Part shown: one piece after another, positions 26,976-48,366 of the stretch
Position numbering within the stretch: the stretch's first letter is position 1
Layout of the letters: each line of letters opens with the position of its first letter
Assembly (NCBI GenBank): GCA_964035545.1
Contig: OZ037765.1
Span: forward strand, 2,790,001-2,854,000
Direction: 5' to 3'
Origin: Bugula neritina
Lineage: Eukaryota; Animalia; Bryozoa
Length of the DNA: 64,000 bases
Translations under genes and position numbers: made by a program
The notes under the pieces: model-generated
What the model was told of the DNA's origin: nothing
Seen by the model: the letters and a program-made list of their open reading frames with translations, nothing else
Databases searched by the model: none

Positions 26976-27113
26976 CATTTGTATAGATTTTCTCAACTTC
27001 CTTCTTGCACTACAGTCATATGACTTTTTATTGTGAACTTAACAAAAGCTGCCTTTTGTATTAAAGATACCTGCTAGTTTAACTCCATTGATATAGATTC
27101 ACTTTACTAAACA
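26976..27113 (+). promoter_or_regulatory. Conserved proximal promoter/5' block of receptor copy 2
   Basis: Near-identical to 20276-20415. Confidence 0.6.
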
Positions 27114-27549
27114 TGCACAACCTCAGTGTATAGACATTGCTAACTAGTACTAATATGGACAAAATACTATACTTGCGTCTTCAATTGCATTTTCTTCTGG
27201 TCGCAGTGTCTTTATCTGCACCAGTACAAGGTATGCTGAATATAGCACTTTGTATATCAAGTTGTAAAGTTTAAATATAGTTCATATTTAACAGATAGTT
27301 TGTAGAATAGATTTATTTTTGTTTTTTATATTTACTTGTATACTTGTTAGTAGAGTTTTGATTAAAAACCAGTCATCCTTATTCCTATATAACTAGTATT
27401 GTACTTAAAAAGTTATAAACTAGCAGAAAGTATTACACCAATCATCAATTCACGTTCAACACTAGTCAGTATTTCAACTTAAAATTAGACAAAGAATATT
27501 ATATTAACAGTAAATTACTTTTAAGTATGTAATGAAACAGAAATTAGCT

Positions 27550-27753
27550 TAGATTTTCCCAACTTCCTCCTTGCAATAAAGTCATGCATGTGAATGTTAT
27601 ATAGGGAAGTTAACAAAAGCTGCCTTTTGTATTATTGAATACCTGCTAATATAAATTTTTAATATGCTTTCACTAGTATTGGTTTATACACATTGTGGAG
27701 TATATAGTGTTAATATGAAAGGAACGTTATACTCGTGTATGCAAGTTCATTAA
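27550..27753 (+). pseudogene. Degenerate duplicate of promoter block + exon 1 inside copy 2 intron 1
   Basis: agattttcccaacttcctcc...gaagttaacaaaagctgccttttgtatt...atacctgcta, followed by atgaaaggaacgttatactcgtgtatgcaagttcattaa (MKGTLYSCMQVH*, compare MDRILYLCFQL). Confidence 0.6.
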
Positions 27754-30700
27754 CTTTGTAATTTTGAACTTTTCAGCTATAAGCTGTGACTGGACATCAG
27801 GTGTGGGTAGACTAGATCCTTACATAACATCTGGTAGTATAAAGAATATCTCTGTAACAAGTGAAGATGGGTGTAGAGCTCAGTGTATGCAGCAGACATC
27901 ATTTATATGTGCCTCAATAAACTACAGAACTGATGATGGAAACTGTCAACTGTTAGCAGAGAATACTCAGACTGCAATTATTAGTAGTTCTGATAGTCAG
28001 TGGAGATACTCTGTAAGACCAGACTGTGCTGGTGGGCAATTATGTTTTGATACCTATAAAGCTTTAAGGCTGCCACGAAGCTATATCATTTTAATACTTG
28101 CTATTTTGATAACATCCACAAATAAAATCGTAATTGATACAAAAAACTAACCTGTTAAAAAAAGCTTAAATTTTGAATGAGACATTTGCCACGCATAAAA
28201 ATTTTTTTGAAATTTGATCATGATCTAAAAGAAGAATGTAACCAATTCATGATAAATTTTGGCAAAGTTGCAAGAAATAGCTATTTATTAAGAGCTTGAA
28301 ATTATCTTTGTCACTGCTCCAGCAAAACTTGTCATTTTACATTGCTCAAAAATAGCAACATCACATTTTCAACTTTCATGTTTTCCGACAGCTAATAAAC
28401 TTTCAGATGAATTTCTTATCTTGTATTTTACAGGAATCTGGCAGCCATGGACAACTACTAGAGGTTACCATCTAAACAGTGGAGTACAGAAGTACAACCA
28501 GATAAGTATATCAGACCTCAGAGACTGCATGAGTTTCTGTTTACAAGATGAAGACATCAGGTATAACTGCAGTTCTATAATGAAGTCAGTGGGTGGAGAT
28601 CAATGTGATATTGTAAACAAGAGATCAGATGATACAGGAGTGACACCAGAAAATCATACAGATTATCAGTACTTTAACCTCCCTCTCTGGTATTCAGGTA
28701 TAAGTGGTATATGGTCATTGTATATAATCTCAAACAGCAGTGTCATCAATATAGTTGTCTAGCTATAATATAGTAAATGTTTACGTTAATTATTTGTAAT
28801 TTATAATATAATGGTTTTTTCAATCTACCTTTTATTTAAATTAATGCTGGCTACTAAAACCCATTTTTCAGTATTTTCTGTTGTTATTTTTGTCTACATC
28901 AGCTCTTCCTGTTAACCTAGTTGTTTTTAGAATAAAAGCTGTTATAAATTACTTATACAGTTTTATTTCTTCCGTCTTAATTTTCAAAAGTTACCAATCC
29001 CATCATTAGAATGTTTTCTTGACTTTAGTTCTAAGTTGTTTATTACTTGCATAAGGCCACATATAAGCATGATCCCAGTACAGCTATATAATAAATAAAA
29101 AATGTAGATGGATCATATGCAGAATTTATCTTTTAGGATTTATATACCTGTTTCATTTATCCATGTAATACTTAATCATCGATATGACTTAAAATTGCCT
29201 TGAGTAAATTAACTAAAAATGTTCTCATGGTTTTATTAGAGTTATACTCCGCGTTTTAAGACATACTTGTTGGCCTGCACTCCCCTTATAGCTGTTTTAC
29301 TATAATTTATATACGTGTTATAATTTCTTAAATAAACTGCCACTGCCGGAGCTTTATTTTGTAAGCCATAGGTGACTATTTTATATATTAAAACAAAACA
29401 TTTTATAAATTTTATACGTTTATCAATTTGATCTACAAAGGTTCTTATTTTATAATTTTGAACTACTTTTTATGCATTCGAGTTGCTATCACCTTTACAA
29501 CAATTTTTAATGTAATATACAGATATATCAATTAATGTACTAAATAGTTTAATGAGAGCTGCTCTACACAAAAACCTTTCAGCAATATAACCCAGCCTAA
29601 TAAATTTTTTGGCATTAACATGTCTATTAGAAAACAAGTTAAACTATACTCTTACCGTTTACGCTGGTGCTTAAAAAATAGGTTATTTTAAAGTCGCTAT
29701 ATATATATATATAATTCTAAAACTTTAATTGTACAATAATATTTAATAAGTTGTTGTGGCTTCTACAAATCTATAATTTTAAGTCAAAACACTTCCTAGG
29801 AAATAACCTAATCTCAAGTAATGGAGTTATAACAACAAATGTACAGTTACTGTTACTTATTGACACAGTCACACTAGAATAACTAGATAATATGATATCA
29901 ATTCTTTCAAATACAAAGCAGAAAGTAATTGCCTATTTTTTTAGTTGATTAGATAGTTGCTTATGTATTTTTCTAATCATATTTATGTTAATAGATGCAG
30001 AACATTCAAGTACAAAAATTAAAATTGATAAATTAGAACTTGCAGTTTCAAACCTAAATCTACTAAAATATAAAAGTTGAAAATACTCAGTGATGCAATG
30101 ATGAATTTAAAATAATTTTTATAGCGCATGAAAAAATTTATAATAATAATAATTATTATTATTATGATATAATGAGATAATTAAATAGGGTGATAATCAG
30201 ACATGTATTTTTTTATATTAAAAGTGGTTTGCAAAACCTGATAAATAAGGTATTTTGTTATAGGAATAACATATTATAATTTTCAGATAACTCTGACAGT
30301 ATAACCAACACAAAGATAACAACGTATTGGTCAGCTGGAACTGCTTTCATATTACTCTTCAACTATAAGATAGAAGCAGAAGGATATTTAGTTGGCTAGA
30401 AGTATATGATTGGTCGCTCTACTGATTACTGTGACTCATACGCTGCTATCTGGAGACAAACAGGAGAAGGTAACTCTGCTGTATTCAATCTGATTACAGA
30501 AACTCTACTCACACCTAAAGATGTATCTACAGGAGGAATCAGATTCCAGTTTGTACAGAACTCTACAAAAGTAGTTAGAAAAGGAGACTTTCTTGCTGTG
30601 TATGTGGAAGATTTGAGTAACTCTGGTTGTAAAGGTAACCTCGTCTCATTTAGATATAATATGCCAGGAGATCCTGAGGCTTATATACATATACTTGACA

Positions 30701-31161
30701 GAAACCGAGTAGACAGACTCACAGCTTCAGATGTTTTTACACAGACTAGAGAAATAGCACTAAGAGCCTACATAGCAGGTGATTATGTAACCAACTGTAC
30801 TGGCATGCATAATTTTTATCTATACTCTAGGTTATAATTGATTACTCATACAGTACTATATGCAATAAATTCACTAATAATTATTTAATTTTTATGAGTA
30901 ACTTTCACTCGATCTATTTGATTAGGCTTTGAGAAAGCTAAAAGTATTGTTGGTAACTTGTTGGTAACTGCTATAGACATCTTTCACAGATATGTTATTA
31001 TTTACTTACATGTGTCATTGAGCTTCAAATTGCTCAGTATATAAGTCTTACCATCTAATTGGCTGTTTCTTAACTACCTTCAAAATATAATACAGAAAGT
31101 TATTTTAATAATTATTGCATTGTTTATTGTTTAATTCATAATAATATAAAACTTCAATTAT

Positions 31162-31264
<103 letters not shown>

Positions 31265-34200
31265 GCATTATGAGTTTATATAATTTGTTTATGTGGCAGT
31301 TTTGAACAACAATTACTTAATAATTGAACTCAATATGTGCATGTCATGTTATTACCATGATGCATTCTGAATCATCTTTTTAAAATTTCTACCCAATGTT
31401 ATAATAGAATTATGATTGGCCTCTCTAACAACTTTAGGCTAAATTTATTTTCTCTCGTATAACATAGAAAGTCAATAGTTTTCACCTTGCCATACGATAT
31501 AAACATAACAGTATTAAAATTGTTTTTAAGGATAGTATAAAAAATTTATGTAAACAACTCATCTTTCATTTGTAAGTTAGCAGCGTTTTATGCAATGCTT
31601 TTGTTGGATGAAAATTAGCAGAAAAATACTTTGTCAAGACATAATGTAAGTTACTTGAAAATGGCAGAATGAAAATTGTGTTTGACGCCAGGCATTCGTT
31701 TTGGTTTATTAGAAATTCTGAAGCTGTCTGGAGACCCATTATCTTCCCACACAGATGTGTCACCAGGAGAAATCAGAATTACATGGAAATTCCCAGCTAC
31801 TACACCCAATCAGGAGCTCACAACTACTCATTTTAAAATAGAATGTTCAGACAACTCCAATTTCAACACAATAATTAGCTCTAAATTAGTTTCTATTGAC
31901 TACAGAGAGACTGTGATTAGTAATCTGAATATACAAAAACCTCACTATGCTAGAGTATCTACTGTGAGAAATTATAATGGTAGAGTTAATACAAGATGTC
32001 ACCGCCATCAATTCTCTTTTCTGTGCAGGTAAATGAATTTTAATATAGCTATAATATATTTATTTGTTTTCTATAAACACATTGTAGAGCTATGCCTTAT
32101 ATAATTCAAATATTTGGTTTCGAATTATGGTAATTCATAAACAATATACCGGTATGTACATTTTTTTATTGATATCAATTATTTTAGCAATTACCACTTG
32201 ATTTACTGAATATCTTACTTCAATATAATAATATATACTGCAGAAAGAGGTAAATTACTACCTGGAGATGTTATCATAACAGAAAGTGGGATTCTAAAAC
32301 CAGAAGAAGAGAGAATAGTTTTTGTGTCTGTACCTTCACTTGGAAGTCTATATTTTCAGATTCCCTTGATTTTGGACTAATATATCATAACCAAAATAAC
32401 AGTGGACTTTTAAATTGCTAATTTCATGCATTTATATATAATCAAAACATATTAGGGAAAAATCTTTTAAATAGTTTCATGTTCTTATTAAATTGCTATA
32501 ACTTCAAATATACTGCTTTAAAAAGTATATTATAGAAAATTCTGCAATAAAATTTCGCGTTAAAGAGACATCAATAAAGTTACAATGTTTCACTGCAATG
32601 CTTTTCAGCAGGCTAACTATATTATGGTAAGAAAGACACCAATTAATTACCTATAATAACTGTAATACAGGAAGCTGATGACTGTGTATCCAGTGTTACA
32701 ATAACTCATGGAAGTGGACAATTATCTAAACATACTAAGACCGGACCATGGACTTTCACTAAACAGCAAGGTGTGACCTTTGAACTGACTATTAAAGTAA
32801 AACTACAAGATGGACATGAGAATATAATATGGCAGGAAGAATACACAACTAGCAAAGGTGAGTGGAAATTATTAATTGCTTCAAAAAATTATATATATTG
32901 CATTGTGGAAATAACTATACTTCTGTATATTATGTGTGCTGCATATATACAATTATATGTGCGAATAAAAACATGTGTGATGTGTGTGAATGTGTGTGTG
33001 AGATTCAAAAACAAATAAAATACAGGAGTTTTATCAGTTTCAACTGGTTACAAATAGTATTAACCTTTCCATTGTTGGTTAAAATTTGGTACTAATGGAG
33101 ATTGTTCATACTAGAGATAAAACTCTTGTTGCCTTGAAAATTGCATCGGTATATATTAGATTAATTTTCATCGATCAGGCAATGATGCCTTTTATTCCTC
33201 ATACGGTGCATATAGATACCGCAGATAACTGCAATATTGTTAATAATTTAGGGGTGCTTTGAGTAAAACAGTAAATTCCTCATGCTAATGTTTACTTTGT
33301 AGCACCCAACTCACCAGATAAACTGACAGTTGACACCAGAACTTCTACTTCAGTTACCATCTCCTGGTCTCCAGTAGTTTATACAGATAAAATCTACTCT
33401 ATTCAACAGTATCAGGTGAGTATTAGAATGTTATGTCTAAATGCCTTAAGTCAACACACTATAATTTTTAGGCGTGTTTTTATATCCAGTCACTGCTGTA
33501 AGTTACTAGCACTGCATTTCCATTGCTTTGCATTATGCAATGGATATTCGTATCAATAAATTTGTAGTTGCGTGAACTTATGGTTTGTTTTTACTTATTT
33601 TTTATTGGTTATTGGTTGTGGTTTCATTTGATGCAACAATAGTGTTTTAATTCATTGAATGAAATATCTGTTTACATTATGCCAAACTTGGAAATGTTGT
33701 GTAGGCACACTCAGTCTCTTATTTGGCTAAACTCGATATTTTTGTCAGCAAAGTGTACTGAAAATTTATTAGGGCTCATTTGTTTTTAAACAGTATTATA
33801 TACTCTTGCTATCTCAATTTCTTTTAGATTAACCCAGAATGAAAAAAAAATTTTTGTTGTGCAAATTTTTTTAAATAGAAAATCTCGTAATTTAAAGATT
33901 TAAACATAATTATAGGGAAAAACAACTCTTTTAAAAGTTTGAAGAGCCTTTTTGGTTAACTGGGTGCACAGAACAGTCTAGAGTTTTTAGACATTAATTG
34001 AGGCCTTTATAACTCTCAATTTTTTTAAAAAAAATTGTGTGTCCCACACATATAAAAGTGTGATGGGTGAAAGATAATTAGAGGTTACTTCTGGTAAATG
34101 ATATTTGCTTTATATACGGTTTTAATTACTGACTGCAGGTAACATGCATCACAACCAACAACACCTTTAATGATAGTGTTCCAGTAAACTCAGTGAGTTA

Positions 34201-34396
34201 CTATGACACATCTGACTCTTCTACCACCTCTCTAACTATAGAATCACTCTATAGTCAAGTAGAATACAGCTGTACAGTCAAAGCTCTTCTGTCTGAAAAT
34301 GAATTTGGAGAAAGTTCTAGAGAAGTTGTGTTCTGGACTAAACCTGTAGGTAGGTACAGTTATATACTCACCAGTGTAGTTATGAGTTTATCCAGT

Positions 34397-34469
34397 GTTC
34401 CCTGTGGTTTAATGGTTACCACACTTGCTTGCAAGCCAAAGGTCGCGGGCTCGATTCCCAGTGGTGGCA
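34397..34469 (+). mobile_element. tRNA-derived element (SINE head or tRNA pseudogene) in copy 2 intron 9
   Basis: A-box-like TGGTTTAATGG, variable loop AGGTC and B-box-like GGCTCGATTCCC at tRNA spacing. The loop is CT-TGC-AA, but the anticodon and acceptor stems pair poorly. It is absent from the same intron of copy 3. Confidence 0.6.
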
Positions 34470-37400
34470 ATTACTTTTCAACTGGATTTTTAAAAACTTT
34501 GAATTTATGTTGCCTTGGTAACTCAAAAATTACACAAAAATCATGAACTTAAACTGTTTTGGTAATCTTGAGATCTTTAGTTTTCATTGCTAATGAGCAG
34601 TTGCATCCTTTGATCTTAGAGCCGGTGTTTGCCTACAGCAATGATGGCAATAATACAGTAAACCCATCAGAAGAAACTATTACAGTACCTCTACCAAACA
34701 TCACATCATCTGATGATATGCTGAACGGATATGATGCCATGGTTATTGTTGTTGAAAAGTTGTCATCCAGGAAAAAGAGATCCATTACTGTAGATAGAAT
34801 AGACAATATGACTGTTTATATAACAGCATCATTTCCTGTTACTAACTACCCATCCTCACTTAGTGTTGGTGATAACCTGATATATGGTGGATACTGGAAC
34901 AGACCTCTAGACAACCAATACTTTTATCACATTGCTGTTGGATTCAAGGCTAAGATTGAAGCTGATGTATTAAAGCTCACGACTATTCCTGGTGCAAAGT
35001 CTGTAAGACGTGAGTTTGAAGCACATTACTATTCAATCAATCCGGTTTTCAGTAGCTATAAAAAGTCAAATACTAAGAGTAATGTTTTTGTTTTCAGCTT
35101 TTAATAAAATGTTATTGTTTCAATTTTGAAGTAATTCAACCAATCAGATGCTCAGAACTGTCTTCGGTGGAAAATGCAGCAATAAAAGTTTCTGATGACA
35201 TCTGGAATGTGAACTCATCTGTGTTTTACTTCTGCAATGAAGGATATACAAGACAGGGTCCTGCTATTATCACATGTGAACTGGTAGATGGTAAAGGAGA
35301 ATGGTCTGACAATCCTCCTATCTGTGAACTATTAGCTCAAGGTATAAAAATAAATCAAATTATGAACTTTCAACTCATGATGAAAACATTCAGTTAATTC
35401 TGATAATTTTCAAATGTACACTTATTATAACAAATTTGCTCAATAAATATACTTTAATTTTTTTTGGAATGTAACAACTTCATACATAAGTTTAATCAGC
35501 AATGACAATTTTTTATTTGTTGCTTCAGCAGCAGGCTGGGTGGTTGAAGTAGCAGTTGGTGTTCCAATGGGTTTCATCATTATTCTACAAGCAGTGATTA
35601 TTATTATGCTGCTGGTGAGAAGATCTTCTGGCACTGAGTCTAAAGAGAAAAGAACACAACCTAGTTATGAGTATGAAGAAGTGGGACTGACACCTACATC
35701 TTCTAAGAATCAGGATGTTGCACAAGATGTACCAGCACAAAGCGCTGAGTCTGAAGAGAAAAGGGCTCAGTCTAATCCGGAATACGAAGAGGTAGGACTC
35801 AGGCCTACATCTTTTAAGAATCAGGGTGCTACACATGTACCCACACAAAGCGCTGAGTACGAGACAACAAGTTTCCAGGCTACATCAGATGATCATGTCT
35901 ATGAGAAAGTAACTAAACGGATGAAACCAGTCTGCTATGAGAATACTTCAACACTCCGCGACAAAGTTTAAAGTAATTTGATTTAGTGGTGAAACAACTT
36001 TCACTAAAGAAAACTTTATGAAACTAACTTCAAAAATGCTTATGTAGGTATTACTGTGCTAATATAACTTGTTTAAATGATATGAAAAAACCTATTGCAG
36101 TGTCCATATCTGATTAACATAAAATCTTTATCTTAAAGCTCTGTTTAATAATATGTTAATCTTTAACACTTTCTATATTATTTATAATTATATATCTGAG
36201 CAGCAACCACTTTGTATAATAATTAAACTTTTTGTTTGTTTTCTGGAAATTGTATATTTATTATGTTAGCTTTGTGTTGGTTTATTTTTATTGCTATTCC
36301 TTATTGCAGAATCGTATTATAATTTATTATTATCAATTCAGCATTCAAACAATTATATAATACTGCATTAATAAATATCTTTTGGAAAAATATATTCAGT
36401 ATATACCAACTTTAATTGCTAGTTTAGAAACTTCTTTTGTATTTAACAAAATTGGTATTGCATTTATTTCTATAATCTATTATATTTCATTTCATATAGA
36501 CTTTTTGTTAAGTTTTAAAATTTGCAGTTTATAAAGGAGACCATATGTAATGAGCAAATACAATACAATAATCAAATAGGCAATCTTGAAACGGCCATTT
36601 CTGGCAACAGTGTTAGGTCAAAGTAAAAGCCTACAGAAAAAAAACTAGCTTTGAAGATGTTACAAAAGCTGATAGCTGACAAGCTATAACTGACAGTAAC
36701 TTTATATAAATCCAAAGCCATAATAGCTGTGCATTCCATCTTATAGCAGTATAATGAGCTTTAATGACCATGACTAAAATGTCTAGCCAAATTATGCGCT
36801 TCAATATTGTTATAACTATTAATAGGCCTATAACTAGCTCTGTGTTCTGCTACATATAAATGTAACATTAAATTTATTAAAAACTGACAGTAAGTGTAGC
36901 TATTTATCTTTAGAATTCACTCATCTATAATTTTATATAAGTTTCGGTAATGTTTAATTGCTTTTTTGTGCAATTAATTATCCTAATGGCTATAAATTCA
37001 CAATCTTGTAATTGTTTATATATTAGATGGCAGAATGACATCCTTTTTCTTGTCGGTTTCTGGCACTGACGTTAGTAGCCATTTTCCTTAAGTTGCATTT
37101 ATATACTACTGAAAAAAGTTTTAAGCATGTATTATAAATGCAACTTTACTTCGAGCCCTGTGAAAGTAATTATGATATTATAAAAAGGTAACTCTAAAAT
37201 GTTTCTATAAAATGTCCATTTGAAAAACATTTATAATGCTTTTAAATATACACTATAGTATTTAATATCTTAAGTAATATGATAATTATATATAATATAA
37301 AGTCAGTGATTTGCTACTTAGATAGAAAAATGTAAATGCCCATGCCTTGAACTATTGTCTATAATTGATTCCATGACAAAATGAAGATATTGTAACTTTT

Positions 37401-37638
37401 TTTCAGGGTAAAATTATTAGAGCTCAATAAAATTTGCAAAACTGACCAAGTTATACTACTAGCAAAATTTATAAAATATTCAAGTCTCTATTGTATACTA
37501 TCCAAGTTTTACAAATCAACTGATTTGGAAACAGTTTTAACTTCAGTATATAATGTTTCATTCCATTATGTTCAAATTAAAATACACATTTAGCCTAAGA
37601 ATAATTAAGCTTATAAACTTCTATTGAATAGCTAATAA

Positions 37639-37790
37639 AACATTTGTATAGATTTTCTCAACTTCCTCCTTGCCCTGTAGTCACTAGTTTTTTGTATTGT
37701 GAAGTTAACAATAGCTGCCTTTTGTAACTTAAAATACCTGCTAATTAATATAACTGTATAGTATATATTAACTTCATTTTACAAAGCACT
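37639..37790 (+). promoter_or_regulatory. Conserved proximal promoter/5' block of receptor copy 3
   Basis: Homologous to 20276-20415, including acttcctc at 37661. Confidence 0.6.
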
Positions 37791-37830
37791 AACTCAGTGT
37801 ATAGATATAATATTACTTAGTAGTGTCAAC

Positions 37831-46111
<8,281 letters not shown>

Positions 46112-48191
46112 ACTAAACAGACAAAACAAGTATTCTATGAAAATACTTCAATCATCCCAAACAAAGTTTAAACTAGTTTAATAAACAGTGGTGAAACAGC
46201 TTTTGCTATTGATATAAGAAAATTTCATAAAATTTACTTCAAAAATTATTGTATTATTGTGCATATATATTATTGTGCTAACATAATATATTTAGATTGC
46301 ATTGAAAAAAATCTTGCAGTGTTCACATTTGATTAACATAAATTATTTATCTTAAAGTGCTCTTTAATAATATATTCAGATTTAACACTTCTTGTTGTTT
46401 CAAATATTAGATATTTAAGCAGCAATTGCTTTATAGAACTATATTTTCAGTTTTTTTTTGTGTGTGGAGATTGTGTATTGTTTATATTAAAGGAACGAAA
46501 ATTGATGCAGTACCAACTATAATATAAAGCCGCTAATGTAGGAGTTTTTTATTATCTGTTTGAGTTGTAATAAAACTTACATATAATTTCAATAACATAA
46601 CGTTATATATTTTACTATAATATTCCCTTTGCGTGACATTTGGATACCATAGTTTCTTGTATTGCATAAAATGTAGTATTCAAACAGCTGCAAAAATTGC
46701 TGAAAAGATTGGCAGCACTTTAAACATATGATCATTAATAATAGTAGTTGTAATTAATATGATAAAAATCATAATATTCATATTATATATAAATACAACA
46801 TACTGCAACAAGAAAATGTACCAACTATGTGTGTAGCATCTCATTAAAAGTTTAAGACACAAAGACAGTCACTACACTCTATATAAGTAACTTTAGTTAC
46901 TAATCTACAAACAGTGAAAGCCTGAAAGTAGAAAAAATCAGCAAATTCATAAACAAAGTAAATGCTATTTCAAGTAAGATTTTATATTAGGTTTTACAGT
47001 TTACAGTTTATAGAAGAGACGATGTGTAAACAGAGAATACAACACACTAACGTATCCTAACTAATCATATAAATAAACTTGAAACGACCTCTTCTGGCAG
47101 CAGAGTTCAAGGGTCAAAGTATAACTGAAAGGAAAATAAAGTTCAGCTTATAATAAGCTGCTATACAAAGAATTGTTATTTTCGATAGCGTTTACCTTTT
47201 AAAGCCATGACTGCTTTGCAGGCCATCTAAATTAACAGTAAGGCTTCAATGCTCATAAAATCAGTGATGGCAATGTTCAGCCCAATATTTTTTAAATATT
47301 GTCATCCTTGGTGCTTTAGAAAAAAATATTTTAATTTTATTGGAAAAGCTATAACAGTAAGTATAGTTATTCGGCTTTATTTATAAGTTTGTTTTATTAT
47401 AACATTCATTCATTAAATTTCGGTTTTTTTCACCTAATTTGTGTAATTATAGCAACTTCAACAGTTACATCTGAAAAATTTTAACTATGTTTATTCATAT
47501 GAGATGTTTAACCTTTCTTATTTTTCGAGCAATATTACTTAACTTTGACAATTTATATTTAGCTGAAACAGTTCTGCTGACAGTAACTGCCTTACAGAAA
47601 AAAGTTTCATTTCAAGCAAAAGTTTTAAATGTTTCTATGGCTTGGGGTCACTGATGTTAGAAAGGTATATGCTTATACGAGGCATGCTGGGGTAATTTAA
47701 AACTGAACATCTCATCCTATTAGCTATATATAATTGCTTTATGAGCTCTTTCACTGAGAGGTGTATATTATGTCTTATAATCTAGTCTTATGTATATATA
47801 TAATAAAGAAATATGATCATGATCTTTTTATCAAATTCTAACAAGATAACAAGATAACAGATTAAGCCAATTCTGTTAATATACTTTAATGTCTACTATG
47901 AGGCATAAAAGAAAACTTTAAAACATTTTTTTCACTAATATATTTATTGCTCTAGCTGTTATTTGATTTTAACCACTACATTGCATATATTATTTTATTT
48001 TGCTACACAATTACTATACGCTGCAGAGATGATGCTAATATGCTATACTATTTAAAAGGAATAAAAATAGAACCAATAACATTTTAAGAATAAAAAATTA
48101 AAATAGCTCTAACAGAATAGAAAAGCTGTTAAAATTAATTATATACCTATATGCTATAAACGTATTATTTATCTTGTCTCAAGTGCTTTAT

Positions 48192-48366
48192 GGGTCATTC
48201 CGTGTCAAATCAACCAATTTTCAAAAAGTCCCAAAAGGCTTTTGTGTCAGGCCAGAAATATTCAAGAATAGTACTCAGGACATGTGTAGGTCCATTTGGT
48301 GTAAATATGAACAAAATCTGAGCCGCAAAGGCGTGGGCCATTGGTTGAGTTGACGCGGAATGACCC
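48192..48366. mobile_element. 175-bp MITE related to the Sola2-like element
   Basis: TIRs gggtcattccgtgtcaaatcaaccaa / ttggttgagttgacgcggaatgaccc with a TTAT duplication on both sides. Termini match 56322-59998. Confidence 0.85.

Noticed and set aside
34397-34469. Functional tRNA-Ala(TGC)
   Set aside because: Acceptor and anticodon stems do not pair properly and the T-loop is altered; treated as a SINE-like relic.
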